The notes below the pieces were generated by a model, which had not been told where the DNA came from, did not search any database, and saw only the letters and a list, made by a program, of their open reading frames with translations. Positions 47,390 through 59,500 of a stretch of 64,000 nt of DNA are shown in pieces. Position 1 is the stretch's first letter, and each line of letters opens with the position of its first letter. This stretch comes from Mobula hypostoma (Eukaryota), in contig NW_026948255.1 in assembly GCF_963921235.1 (NCBI RefSeq), forward strand, positions 124,001-188,000, read 5' to 3'. Made by a program: the position numbers and the translations under genes.

Positions 47390-48500
47390 GATTGAGCTAC
47401 GGATGGCGTCTGCATGGATTTTAGTGAAGCGCTTAGCAAGATCCCACATACGGCACTGATCTGAAAGATTAAGATGGATGGGACCCGGGGTGAATTGGCC
47501 ATTTGAAGTCAGAACCGGCTTGGCCACGACAACGGGTGTTAGTCAAGTGGACTTATTCTGACTGGAGGTCTGTGATTAATGGAGTTCCGCAGGGATCTGT
47601 GCTGGGTCCTCTGCAATTTGTGATGTATATAAATGTCCTGGATGAAAATGTACATGGGTGGGTTAGTAAGTACGCAGGTGAGACAGAGCTTGGTGGTGTG
47701 AATAGCGTGGAAGACTGGCAAGGTAAACTGTAGATAAATTGCAGATATGGGTGCAGAAATGGCTGATGGAGTTTATCCTTGTCCAAAGTGAGGTGCTGCC
47801 CCTTGGTAGGTCAAACGTAAAGACACAACGTTGATGACCAGAAAGATCTTGGGAACCTCCCTGAAAGTGGCCATACAGATTGATAGGGGGGTTACGAAGG
47901 AATATGGCTTCCTTGCCTTTACTCGTCCAGCTGCTGAGTTCCAAAGTCAGGAAGTTATGTTGCACCTTACACAACTAGTTCGGTCACATCTGGGGTATTG
48001 CATACTGTTCTGGCTGCCCATTCTAGGAAGGATGTCAAAGAGTTGAAGAGGGTGCAAAAGAGGGTTACGACGACGTTGCCTGGATTAGTGGACATGTGAT
48101 TGGACAAATTGGGTTGTTTTCTCCGGAGCGGTGGGGACCGAGCGGAGTTATGATAGTTAAAGTTTATGAAAGGCATAGGTAGAGTAGACAGAAATCATTT
48201 TTCCCAAAGTTTGAAATATCTAACATCAAACGGTATGCATTTAAAGTGACAGGCATATTTTTACACCGAGACTGTTCCTGGAATGTGCACCTGGGGTGGT
48301 GGGAGAGACAGATACATCCGAGACTTTGAAGAAATGCTTCGAGGGGCACAGGAATGTGAGAAAATGGAAGGATATGGACATTATGTGGGCAGAAGGGATT
48401 AATTTAGTTGGCCATTTGGTTACTAATTTATTTAATTCAGCTCAATATTTTGGGCCGAAGGTCCTGTCTATGTTCTATACTGTTCTATGTTCTAGGTCTA
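47390..48500 (+). mobile_element. Degraded CR1 3' half
   Basis: [18 protein letters not shown] and LKVAxQIDR remnants; TTCTATG tail. Confidence 0.75.
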
Positions 48501-48570
48501 TGTTCCATAACATTGTTCAGTCTGCAATGTGTCAATGTGATTTTCAGTTCAGTGTATTGTTTTACCATAC

Positions 48571-48742
48571 CGAGCTCCAGAACTTCTTTCCGCATTTTGT
48601 CCAACTTTTCCAGCCCATTAGTCATTTCCTCAAAGGATTCCCACATCACTCCCTGGGACTGGGAGCCTTTCCCCATCCCCAGGCTGAGGAAGAGCGGGGA
48701 ATCCTCTGTCGGGGTTCCTTTCTCTGTGAGTTCTGTGATTTC
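48571..48742 (-). pseudogene. Orphan exon resembling the N-terminal domain of chondrichthyan NLR (NLRP3-like) proteins, open frame
   Basis: TTTACAG acceptor; 172-nt exon encoding EITELTEKGTPTEDSPLFLSLGMGKGSQSQGVMWESFEEMTNGLEKLDKMRKEVLEL; GTATGG donor. No NACHT exon in the window. Confidence 0.6.
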
Positions 48743-48912
48743 CTGTAAACTTGTTGAGTGACAGACTGAGTGAAAGAGAATGGGTAAGACAATATCTGCT
48801 CAGCGATGGTGATAGAGTAGAGGGATAGGTATAACACAGATGATGGGTATAACCGAATATGGTTATAGACTAACCAAAGAAGCATTCTGAGGCATAACTA
48901 AATATGGGTATA

Positions 48913-49923
48913 TGTCATGGTCCGGTCCGTGAAGTCCGTATTCCGGTTCACGGTCCGGTCCATCGACCCTTGCTCCAGGTTTTCCTGTCTACCCTGTTTC
49001 TGTTCTTGTTGAGCTCTAATTGAGGCAGCTGATGCTCGTTGGGGCTGGCTGCATGAATACCTCCAGAGACCAGGGCGTGGCTGCTGGATTGTTCTTGTCC
49101 TTACCCCTTGTATCCCTTCGTCTGCCTTCTGTTTCCTCGCCTGAAGCCTTGCCGGTAACTCTAGCCTCGCCTGAAGTTCTAGTTTCGCCTTGCATTGCCT
49201 GAAGCCTTGCCTGGTCTTGCGGGTAACTCTTGCCTCGTCTCGCCTGCAGTCTTGTCCTGGAACTACCCCGTTCCTAGCTCCCTTCCTGTCCCTTGCCTCC
49301 GCTGGGTAAGTCTGGCCATCTTGCCATTACCCTGCGGTTGATTGTGTCCCTTCCTGTCCCTAGCCTCCGTCGGTTAAGCCAGGCCATATTGCCGTTATCT
49401 ACGGTTGGTTCTGTCCCTTCCTAACCCGTGCCTCCGTCGGTTAAGCCAGGCCATATTGCCGTTATCGACGGTTGGTTCTGTCCCTTCCTAACCCGTGCCT
49501 CCGTCGGGTGCTGATCCGCGCCCTGCTCAGGAGCACCGCGCCCTGCCCAGGAGGAGCCTCCAGCCAAGTCTCTAGCCTCTAGTATCAAGCCTGAAGACTC
49601 CAGCCTCCTGCCTCCTGCCAAGCCTCGCCTCAAGTCTCTAGCCTCAAGCCTGAAGACTCCAGCCTCGTCCTGCCTGCCAGCCAAGCCTCGTCCTTGCCTA
49701 GTTCTGGGGTCCGAGCCAGAGGCAAGACACAGGTACTGGGTCCTTGTCCTGTCTCTGGCTCGGAGTCCAAGCCCGGGCTCCTAGCTCTCTTGTCCAGTCC
49801 TGTTCCGGGTTCCCGGTTTTAGTGTCCATGTCCTTGCCCTCACCCTGTATCCTAGTCCTGTCCCTAGTACTTCAGTGTCTGTGCCTTGCACTTGGATCCG
49901 TTCCGAACTACCGCCTTATGACA
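48913..49923 (+). mobile_element. Solo LTR (~1.0 kb) inserted in the ERV LTR
   Basis: TGTCA...TGACA ends with an exact 5-bp TSD GTATA (48908-48912 and 49924-49928). Internal ~67-bp tandem repeats at 49296-49510. Confidence 0.88.
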
Positions 49924-50405
49924 GTATAGAATGATTGAAGGGACATCTTGAGGTATAACTAAATATGAGAAGGATAGCAGAGGGAACAGAATGTTCTACA
50001 GAAAAGGGGAAGGTGTCCGCATGAGGAACTGATGGGTCAGCTTTTGGTGGAAAATAATTATAAATAACCAATAATGATTTTATATCTCGGCTACCTTTGG
50101 CAACAAATAATTATGACTCACCAATGATGATTTGTATCTAACAGTATCTTAACATGTGATTGAAACTATTCTAAAACTGTATTAACTTGTGTCATTGTAA
50201 GATTTCCTGCGCACGTGATGATCAATGTTATAAATTGTGAAGAATTGTGATTCGGGTGAGGGTTGTGTCCGGACTGGCTCTTTGGGAGATCAGTCTGTAA
50301 ATTCCCCCATAGCATTCTATGAATAAAGAGTAAAGTTTAATCAAGCATTGCGTGTCTTATTGTGGTACTTGTGTTCTTGCATTGGGTCGATCCGCCTTGA
50401 CATTC

Positions 50406-50423
50406 TGGCGAGCCAGCCAGGAG
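50406..50423 (+). promoter_or_regulatory. Primer-binding site complementary to tRNA-Arg(ACG)
   Basis: TGGCGAGCCAGCCAGGAG(TC) is the reverse complement of the vertebrate tRNA-Arg(ACG) 3' end including CCA; it lies 3 nt after the LTR end. Confidence 0.85.
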
Positions 50424-51265
50424 TCCAAGACGAGGCATCCCCGTGAGACGTTGTCAGTGATCGGCTCGGTTGCGGTGACCTGAGACGGATGGGCCCACAA
50501 GGTAAGATTTACCTTGATCTCTCTCATTAGTTGTCCACCTTGAATATCTCTTCGTCTGGCGGGTAATCCTCTGACGGACTCCTTCCGAAACATGAGTCGA
50601 GAATCGCCAGAGTACCACAGGTCAGAAGAGGGTGTAACAGTGGTCCTGACTGGAAATTGTGAGTATTAAAGTTTGCGAGGTACTGTGAGTATTTAAGTCT
50701 GTGAGAGCTGAAGAATTGGGCAATGGATCATCAACAGTGATCTATTACATTTTACTTTGGATGCGTCACCGCGATTGGCAGTGGGTTAGCGGCAGGAACC
50801 TGTTCCATTTTCAGGCTGGTGACCATTCCAATTGACGTGGGGGAGGCGGTGTACATAGCGCGATAAATTGACCAGCACAGGACAGAGCAGACATTTGGCC
50901 GAACACAGGGGAACAGGTTCTCCCCTGCAGTCTATCCGGATGTTGTAAATACGTTTGGGGGTAAACTTATGATAATTTGCCTGTCTCAGCAGCCAGCCTT
51001 ACCGGTTGTTAAGAGGGGAAATCCCCCACGTAAAGGTCAGGAACCTGAAGTGGGTGCAGAGAGACACCGCACAAGATTAACGGGGATACGTGCTCAAGAT
51101 TAACGGGGAGTAGGGTTTATAGGTTAAAAGGTGGTAAAGCCGCACTCTGAAGCATCAGCATCCAGCCTTATACCGGTTATTAAGAGGGGAAACATCCCAC
51201 GCGAAGGTCAGGACCCTGAAGTGGATGTGAGAAAAGGAGGCGGCTGACCCACCCGACTAGGAAAT

Positions 51266-51535
51266 ATTGGGCAAACAGTAGATAAGTCCGGGAATAATAC
51301 ACCATTATTTATACTCTCCAGAGATGACCCTGAAAGAGAAAAAGGTTACCGAAAGTTATCGGCATGCCTAAATCAGGAATTGGGTAGTGAAATTTGGCCT
51401 TTGGGTGGGATCTGGCACTTAGATAAATGTATGAAGGCAGAAGAAGCAATTTGGAAACGTTATGCCAGACAAAAATGGAAGGTTTTAATGTCCAATTGGA
51501 GAAAAACGACCGAAGAATTAAATAACAGATCTAAG
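51266..51535 (+). pseudogene. gag: Retroviral gag N-terminus (matrix-like), start codon mutated, cut off by a Gypsy LTR
   Basis: Open frame (ATT)GQTVDKSGNNTPLFIL...SEIWPLGGIWHLDKC...W: an MGQ myristoylation-type start and a WPxxG motif as in gamma/epsilon-like matrix proteins. Confidence 0.6.
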
Positions 51536-52208
51536 TGTACGGGGTCTTTCTTTATTTTTGTTAAATTTAAAATGGCTTCTTTGTTATGTTGTACTGGGGA
51601 ATGCTGAGAAAGTCTCTAACTAGACAGTTGCTTGGGTTATTAGAGATAGCAGGATTTAGAGATAGCAGGATGCTATTAACCAATGGGTGGTCATATATCG
51701 TTTTGTTTTCGGATATAATGCTGTCTCTTATGACTGTTAAAGGGTTTTTGGCGGGGAGTCGGAGGAGAGACGGGGAGGACAGTGGACGTGCGGAAAGGCT
51801 CCGGTCGATCACTTCGGGTGATTCCGAGCCGTGAGTTGACAGGATCCGGGTGGTCGTCAGGAATTGATTGAGCTCCAACGGTTGCGCATGAAGAACTTGG
51901 ACTTTGATAAGTCTTGGCGCCTTTTTTTTCATTACTTCCTTTTCTGTATCGAATTTATATTAATGTCATAGAATTAGTAATATCTATAAAGTGTACTTGT
52001 TAAAATTTACCGGGCGTGCTGGCTGATGATTGATATTTGGTCCGATTCGGGCGGGCACCTACTCTGTGGGAAGCGTTGAGGCAGGTGTTGGGTGGAATTT
52101 CCCCTAGACATATACAAACCAATATATCTGAACGTTACAAGTGGAGACTACCGTCCGGATCTGGATTTTCGGTAAAGCTGTATAGTCGTTGCGTTAAGTA
52201 GTGCGAAG

Positions 52209-53523
52209 ATGGATCGAGATAAGATTGTAAATTGATGTGAATTAGAGGATGTATCGGTGAATCGTGCGTGCGTGCTAAGTGGGGTCGATTTTCGCATTTC
52301 GGAAGATACACTAGTGCGAGGGTTGAGTTTGATTAAAGGTATCGGGCAGGTAGAACTTATAGCTAGAAGGTGTGGAAAAGAACTGGAGTCCAGCTGGACG
52401 TTGGTGCGGACGAGTGCCGACGTCATGACGTTGGAACTACCAGCGTCAGTCTACGTCCACGGGGAGGCGGGGCCGTGGGGTCTCCTTACCCTCCCGGAGG
52501 ACGAAAGTGAGGAGGTGCCGGAGGGGGAGCTAGATGAGGCCCCAGGGGAGGTGCCAGTAGCCAGGGGTGGAGGGTTGGAGTGGGAAGGCTTGGCCAGGCC
52601 CCGTCACCCAGTTAGGGCTGAGACCTCCGAGTTAGCGGCTGCCATTACCTCCCTGGCGAGAAGGGTTGAGGGGCCCCGCCCGAAGCTGAGAATTTTCTCG
52701 GGAGACATTCCCACCACGGAAGGGGAGGACGAATATGAGGCCTGGGTTGAGGATACGTCCCAGTTGTTAGAAGTGTGGCCAGTTTTGGATGAGGAAAAGA
52801 GACAGCGATTGGTGGAAAGCTTAAGGGACGAGGCGGCCCGTGTAGTCCGCGAGTTGAGAGCGGAACGCCCTTCGGCTTCCCTGTCGGAGTGTTTGGACGC
52901 TTTGGAGGAAGTGTTTGGACTGTCAGGAGCTCCCTGGCAACATTTAGCGGAGTTTCAACAGATGGGATAGGGAAGAGTGGGAAAGCTCTCAGAATACTTT
53001 TTCCAGCTGGAAGGGAAGCTTACGGGGCTGCGGCGCTGAGGGATAGTGAAGGCGGACGAAGTTGCGAAGTTGAGGATGAGCCAGATATGTAGAGGTTCCC
53101 GGGAGGATGACAGGGTGGCTTGGAGTATCCGGGAGTCACATAAGAGGAGCCCCCCTCCATCATTCGGGCAGCTGATTAGAGAGGTACTGGCGGAGGAGAG
53201 TGCTTCGGGCCGAACAGGCGACTCGGACCCCCGGGACGGTCTTCAGCGGTTCAGGAGGTGGTAGTGGGGTGAGATCAGAGAAATCCAAGGGGTCCCCGGG
53301 GGGGCGGGCGTAGCGGGAGGAGAGAGGCGGCGGTAGCGGGTGCTATAACTGTAGGACAGAAGGGCATTTCCGGCGGGAATGTGAGTGGCCGGTGCTGTAC
53401 TACAGCTGTGGGGAAGTTTGTCACTTGCGGAGGGATTGTGAGAGACGAGATGCTCCGAGGAGGGAGGGCCCCCGGGCCACTAAGAAGCGAGAGGTGTCGG
53501 GAAACTTAGGAGAGGCTCAGTGA
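52209..53523 (+). pseudogene. gag: PNMA-like gag pseudogene with two CCHC knuckles
   Basis: KLRIFSG...GEDEYEAWVEDTSQLLEVW...EKRQRLVESLRDEAA; CYNCRTEGHFRREC at 53341-53382 and a second, degenerate knuckle. Several stops. Confidence 0.85.
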
Positions 53524-53559
53524 GGGAACGGACTGGAGTCTCGGGAGGAACACGTTCCC

Positions 53560-56500
53560 AGAAAACAGCTATGGAACCCCAGAAAGTACAAGCCCTTATT
53601 CCGGATGGACTGGTGGGACCCCGTTCCAGGTGTTCCTACGGATAGAGGGAATCTTTGCAAAAGCCATCCTTGACACCGGATTGCAGGTTACCTTACTGTA
53701 CCGATCGTTCTACAACAAATATCTGAAGCATTTGCCAGTAACCCCGTTTAATTCACTGGAGATTTGGGGCATAAGTGACGGTGATTACCCGTACAATTGA
53801 TACCTGTCAGTGAGATTGGAATTCTCGGAGGGCGATGTGGGAGTGTCGGAAGCCTTGAGACGCTGGTGTTGGTCTGTCCGGACCCGGTGGAAACCGGTGG
53901 TGCTGCCCTGCTGGTGGGGACTAACTCCCCTCTGTGCGACGGCTCTTGGAAGCCTGTAAGAAGAAGGCGGGGGAGAACTTTCTGGAGACCCTCTTGGTAC
54001 CCCCAGAGTTCCGAGCGGTGTACGAAGGAGTGGGTGACCCCAGGGGCTGGATCCTGAGTGCAAACGAGGGACGGTGTGGTGTACTCAGGCGAGGCCTTAG
54101 GTGATACGGCCAGGGGAGGCGGCATTAGTGATGGGGACCCCCAGATTCCCCGGAGTACCGGCGGGCGAGGCCCTGCTAGTAGACGCCCCAGCCGACCTGG
54201 AAGCGGAGTCCCGGTTCACGGCTGGGGCGCTAGTGAGACCTGAATTGAAGAGGTCCTCAGCTGTACAGGCACGGCGGATGGGGGTGATGGCAAAGAACAT
54301 AACGGCGCGGGAGATCACCTTTAAGCGCGGGATGCCCCTTGTGCACTTGTTCCCGGTGACGGTGATGTCCAGCGCCCCCGTGAAGCCAACTGGAGGAGAA
54401 CTATTGGAGAACGGGGGGCGGCTGACCGTGGAGGCCTTTAATTTTGAAAACTCCCCTGTACCGCCGTAGTATAAGAGCAGGCTGGTGGAGAAGATGCTGA
54501 AGCTAGGGGGTGTCTTTTCTCGGGGCGAGTTTGATGTGGGATATCCCAAGAGCACTCGGCACACTATCCGGGTGACAAATGACACCCCGTTTAGAGAGAG
54601 GTCGCGGCGGTTGGCCCCAGCAGATGTGGGAAATGTGCGGCAGCACTTGCGGCAGTTGAAGGATGCGGGGATTATCGCGGGGTCCCGAAGCCCCTATACG
54701 TCCCCCATAGTGGTGGCAAGGAAGAAAAATGGGAAGGTGCGCATGTGCGTGGACTACAGGACCCTGAACCGACGCACTGATCCCGACCAATATACGGTCC
54801 CGAGGGTGGAAGACGTATTAACGTGTTTGAGTGGGGCGCAGTGGTTTAGCGTATTGGATTTGCGGAGTGGCTATTACCAGATTCCGATGAGTGAGACCGA
54901 TAAAGAGAAGACCGCCTTTATCTGCCCCCTAGGATTTTTCCAGTTTGAACGAATGCCCAGGGGCCCCAGCCACCTTCCAGCGGCTCATGGAGAGGACAGT
55001 GGGGGACATGAACCTGCTCGAGGTGTTGGTGTACCTTGACGACTTGATAGTGTTTGGATCTACGTTGGAGGAACATGAGGAGCGGCTGAAGGAGGAAGGG
55101 TTAAAACTTTCCCTGGATAAATATCAGTTCTGTAAGACGTCGGTCAGTTAGATCGGGCACATAATCTCGCGAAATGGAGTGGCCACTGATACGGCTAAGA
55201 TAGCCGCAGTAACCACCTGGCCGAGACCCCAGAACATGGGCTCATTACGCTCGTTTTTTGGGTTTTGCGGATATTACCGGCGACTCGTGAAAGGATATGC
55301 GAAAATGAGTCACCCATTGAACCAGCTGTTGTGTGGTTATGCACCTGTGGGGAAGAAAAGGATGGGAGACCGAGGGCCAGAGGTAGGAGGATACTTGAAC
55401 CCGGGGGAGCCTTTTGGATAGAGGTGGGATGCTCAATGTGAACAGGCGTTCCAATATCTAAAAAGGGCGCTGACTCAGGCCCCAGTGTTGGCTTTTGCTG
55501 ATCCCCGGAAGCCGTATGTTCTGCACACTGATGCCAGTGACGAGGGTCTGGGGGCTGTTCTGTACCAACAACAGGGCAATGGATTGAGGCCGGTGGCGTT
55601 TGTCAGCCGGACCTTGACGCCATCTGAGAGAAACTATCCCACTCACAAGCTGGAGTTCTTGGCGTTGAAATGGGCGGTGGTGGACAAGTTGAGTGACTAT
55701 CCATACGGGTCCCACTTTGAGGTGAGCACTGACAACAACCCCCTCACTTATATCCTGACCTCGGCAAGGCTGGACGCTACTGGGCACCGGTGGTTAGCGG
55801 CCTTGTCTGCCTATGAGTTCAGCCTGAAATACCGCCCGGGGAGTCGGAACATCGATGCAGATGCCCAGTCTCGTCGGGCGCACGACGAGTCGGGCACGGC
55901 TGAGGAGTGGAAGAGTGTCCCTGCCCAGGGAGTAAAGGCCATGTGTCAAGTTGGGAGCGACGGGGAAGTAAGAGCCCAGATAGGAACGGATCGGGTAGTA
56001 GATCATCTGGGGGTTGACGATAACGCACTACCCACTGTTTACTGTAATTTGACTGCTCTGAGGAACAGGCAGCTGCCGGAGTTGAGCCCCCAGGAAGTGG
56101 GGGCGGTTCAGCGTGATGACCCGAGCATTGGCACTACCTGATACGCGGTTAGCCGGGGTGATATGGGGCAGCTGGAGAAGGCAAAACATGCCTCCGTGCC
56201 CCTACTACTGAAGGAGTGGCCTCGGTTGAAGCTGAAGAACCACGTCTTGTACCGGGTCACGTCGCCTCCGGACCACCCCCGGCGCTGGCAGCTGGTCATG
56301 CCTGAGAAGTATCGGAAGACTGTGCTCCAGGCTCTACATGATGATTCCGGGCACTTGGGGGTAGAGAAGACCTGTGGATTAGTCGAGGACCGGTTTAACT
56401 GGCCCCGGATGAGGGGGGAGTTTGAAGAATACTGTAAGACATGCAGTCGTTGCGTCAGGAGGAAGACCTTGCCTGCGCCGGCTGCTCCTTTGTCCCACTT

Positions 56501-59500
56501 ACAGAGTGCGGGAGCCATGGACCTGGTGTGGATGGATTTCCTGTCTATTGAGACAGACACCAGCAACACCGCGAATGTCTTGGTCCTCACGAATCACTAC
56601 ACTAGATATGCGAAGGCGTTTCCCACTAAGGACCAGAAAGCGACCACAGTGGCAGAGGTGTTATGGGAGAGGTACTTTGTTTATTATGGCCTTCCCCGGC
56701 GGAGCCATAGTGATCAGGGACGGGACTTTGAGAGCAGACTTATCCATGAATTACTGGGTATGCTTGGGGTTGAGAAATCCAGAACCACCCCTATAACCCG
56801 CAAGGTGATCCTCAGCCCGAGAGGTTTAACCGGACCTTACTGGATATGCCCGGCACTTTGGAGATTGGACAGAAGAGTAAGTGGATTCAGCACATCGGCC
56901 ATTTGGTTCACTGTTGCAAATGCACGCGCAATAATGCTACGGGGTACTTGCCCTATTATCTGATGTTCGGACGGGAAGCGACGTTGCCCATTGACCTGTG
57001 TTTTAGAATATAGGACATAGAATAGTACAGCACAGTACAGGCCCTTCGGCCCACAATGTTGTGCCGACCCTCAAACCCTGCCTCCCATATAAGCCTCCAC
57101 CATAGATTCCTCCATATACCTGTCTAGTAGTCTCTTAAACTTCACTAGTGTATCTGCCTCCACCACTGAATCAGGCAGTGCATTCTATGCACCAACCACT
57201 CTCTGAGTAAAAAACCTTCCTCTAATATTCCCCTTGAACTTCCCAACCCTTACCTTAAAGCCATGTTCTCTTGTATTGAGCAGTGGCGCCCTGGGGAAGA
57301 GGCGCTGGCTATCTACTCTATCTATTCCTCTTATTATCTTGTACACCTCTATCATGTCTCCTCTCATCCTCCTTCTCTCCAAAGAGTAAAGCCCTAGCTC
57401 CCTTAATCTCTGATCATAATGCATACTTTCTAAACCAGGCAGCATCCTGGTAAATCTCTTCTGTACCCTTTCCAATGCTTCCACATCCTTCCTATAGTGA
57501 GGTGATCAGAAATGGACACAGCACTCCAAGTGTGGCCTAACCAGAGTTTTATAGAGCTGCATCATTACATCACGACTCTTAAACTCTATCCCTCGACTTA
57601 TGAAAGCTAACATCCCATAAGCTTTCTTAACTACCCTATCCACCTGTGAGGCAACTTTCAGGGATCTGTGGACATGTACCCCCAGATCCCTCTGCTCCTC
57701 CACACTACCAAGTATCCTGTCATTTACTTTGTACTCTGCCTTGGTGTTTGTTCTTCCAAAGTGTACCACATCACACTTCTCCAGGTTGAACTCTATCTGC
57801 CACTTCTCAGCCCACTTCTGCATCCTATCAATGTCTCTCTGCAATCTTTGACAATCCTCTACACTATCTATAAAACCACCAACCTTTGTGTCGTCTGCAA
57901 ACTTGCCAACTCACCCTTCTACCCCCACATCCAGGTCGTTAATAAAAATCACGAAAAGTAGAGGTCCCAGAACAGATCCTTGTGGGACACCACTACTCAC
58001 AATCCTCCAATCTGAATGTAATCCCTCCACCACCACCCTCTGCCTTCTGCAGGCAAGCCTATTCTGAATCCACCTGGCCAAACTTCCCTGGATCCCATGC
58101 CTTATAACTTTCTGAATAAGCCTACTGTGTGGAACCTTGTCACATGCCTTACTAAAATCCATATAGATCACATCGACTGCACTACCCTCATCTATATGCC
58201 TGGTCACCTCCTCAAAGAACTCTATCAGGCTTGTTAGACACGATCTGCCCTTCACAAAGCCATGCTGACTGTCCCTGATCAGACCATGATTCTCTAAATG
58301 CCTATAGATCCTATCTCAAAGAACCTCTTCCAACAGCTTTCCCACCACAGCCGTAAGGCTCACTGGTCTATAATTACCCGGACTATCCCTACTACCTTTT
58401 TTGAACAAGGGAACAACATTCGCCTCCCTCCAGTCCTCCGGTACCATTCCCGTGGACAACGAGGACATAAAGATCCTAGCCAGAGGCTCAGCAATCTCTT
58501 CTCTCGCCTCGTGGAGCAGCCTGGGGAATATTCCGTCAGGCCCCGGGGACTTATCTGTCCTAATGTATTTTAACAACTCCAACACCTCCTCTCCCTTAAT
58601 ATCAGCATGCTCCAAAACATCAACCTCACTCATATTTTCCTCACCATCATCAAGTTCCCTCTCATTGGTGAATACCGAAGAGAAGTATTCATTGAGGACC
58701 TCGCTCACTTCCACAGCCTCCAGGCACATCTTCCCACCTTTATCTCTAATCGGTCCTACCTTCACTCCTGTCATCCTTTTTTTCTTCACATAATTGAAGA
58801 ATGCCTTGGGGTTTTCCTTTACCCTACTCGTCAAGGCCTTCTCATGCCCCCTTCTTGCTCTTCTCAGCCCCTTCTTGAGCTCCTTTTTTGCTTCCCTATA
58901 TTCCTCAATTGACGCAGCTGACCCTTGCTTCCTAAACCTCATGTATGCTGCCTTCTTCCTCCTGACTAGATTTTCCACCTCACTTGTCACCCATGCTTCC
59001 TTGACCCTACCATTCTTTATCTTCCTCACCAGGACAAATTTATCCCTTTCATCCCGCAAGAGATCTCTAAACATCGACCACATGTCCATAGTACATTTCC
59101 CTGCAAAAACATCATCCCATTTCATACCCGCAAGTTCTAGCCTTATAGCCTCATAATTTGCTTTTCCCCAATTAAAACTTTTCCTGTCCTCTTTGATTCT
59201 ATCCATTTCCATTATAATTATAAAGGCCAGGGAGCGTTGGTCACTGTCCCCCAGATGCTCACCCACTGAGAGCTCTGTGACCTGACCCGGTTCATTACCT
59301 AGTACTAGATCTAGTATGGCATTCCCCCTGTTCGGCCTGTCCACATACTGTGACAGGAATCCATCCTGGACACACTTAACAAATTCTGCCCCATCTAAAC
59401 CCTTGGAACTAATCAGGTGCCAATCAATATTAGGGAAGTTAAAGTCACCCATGAAAACAACCCTGTTATTTTTGCACCTTTACAAAGGTGGACTGAAGCG

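Larger units (their letters stand above)
48783..51535 (+). mobile_element. Truncated endogenous retrovirus: 5' LTR, PBS-Arg, leader and start of gag
   Basis: LTR with TATAAA (50229) and AATAAA (50322) ends in CA at 50402, then PBS 50406-50423, donor-like AGGTAAG at ~50500, an ~840-bp leader and a gag-like frame from 51266. The LTR start is approximate. Confidence 0.72.

Noticed and set aside
52142-52160. Assigning a primer tRNA to the PNMA-type Gypsy
   Set aside because: TGGAGACTACCGTCCGGAT is in the right place but does not match a tRNA 3' end that I can identify with confidence.
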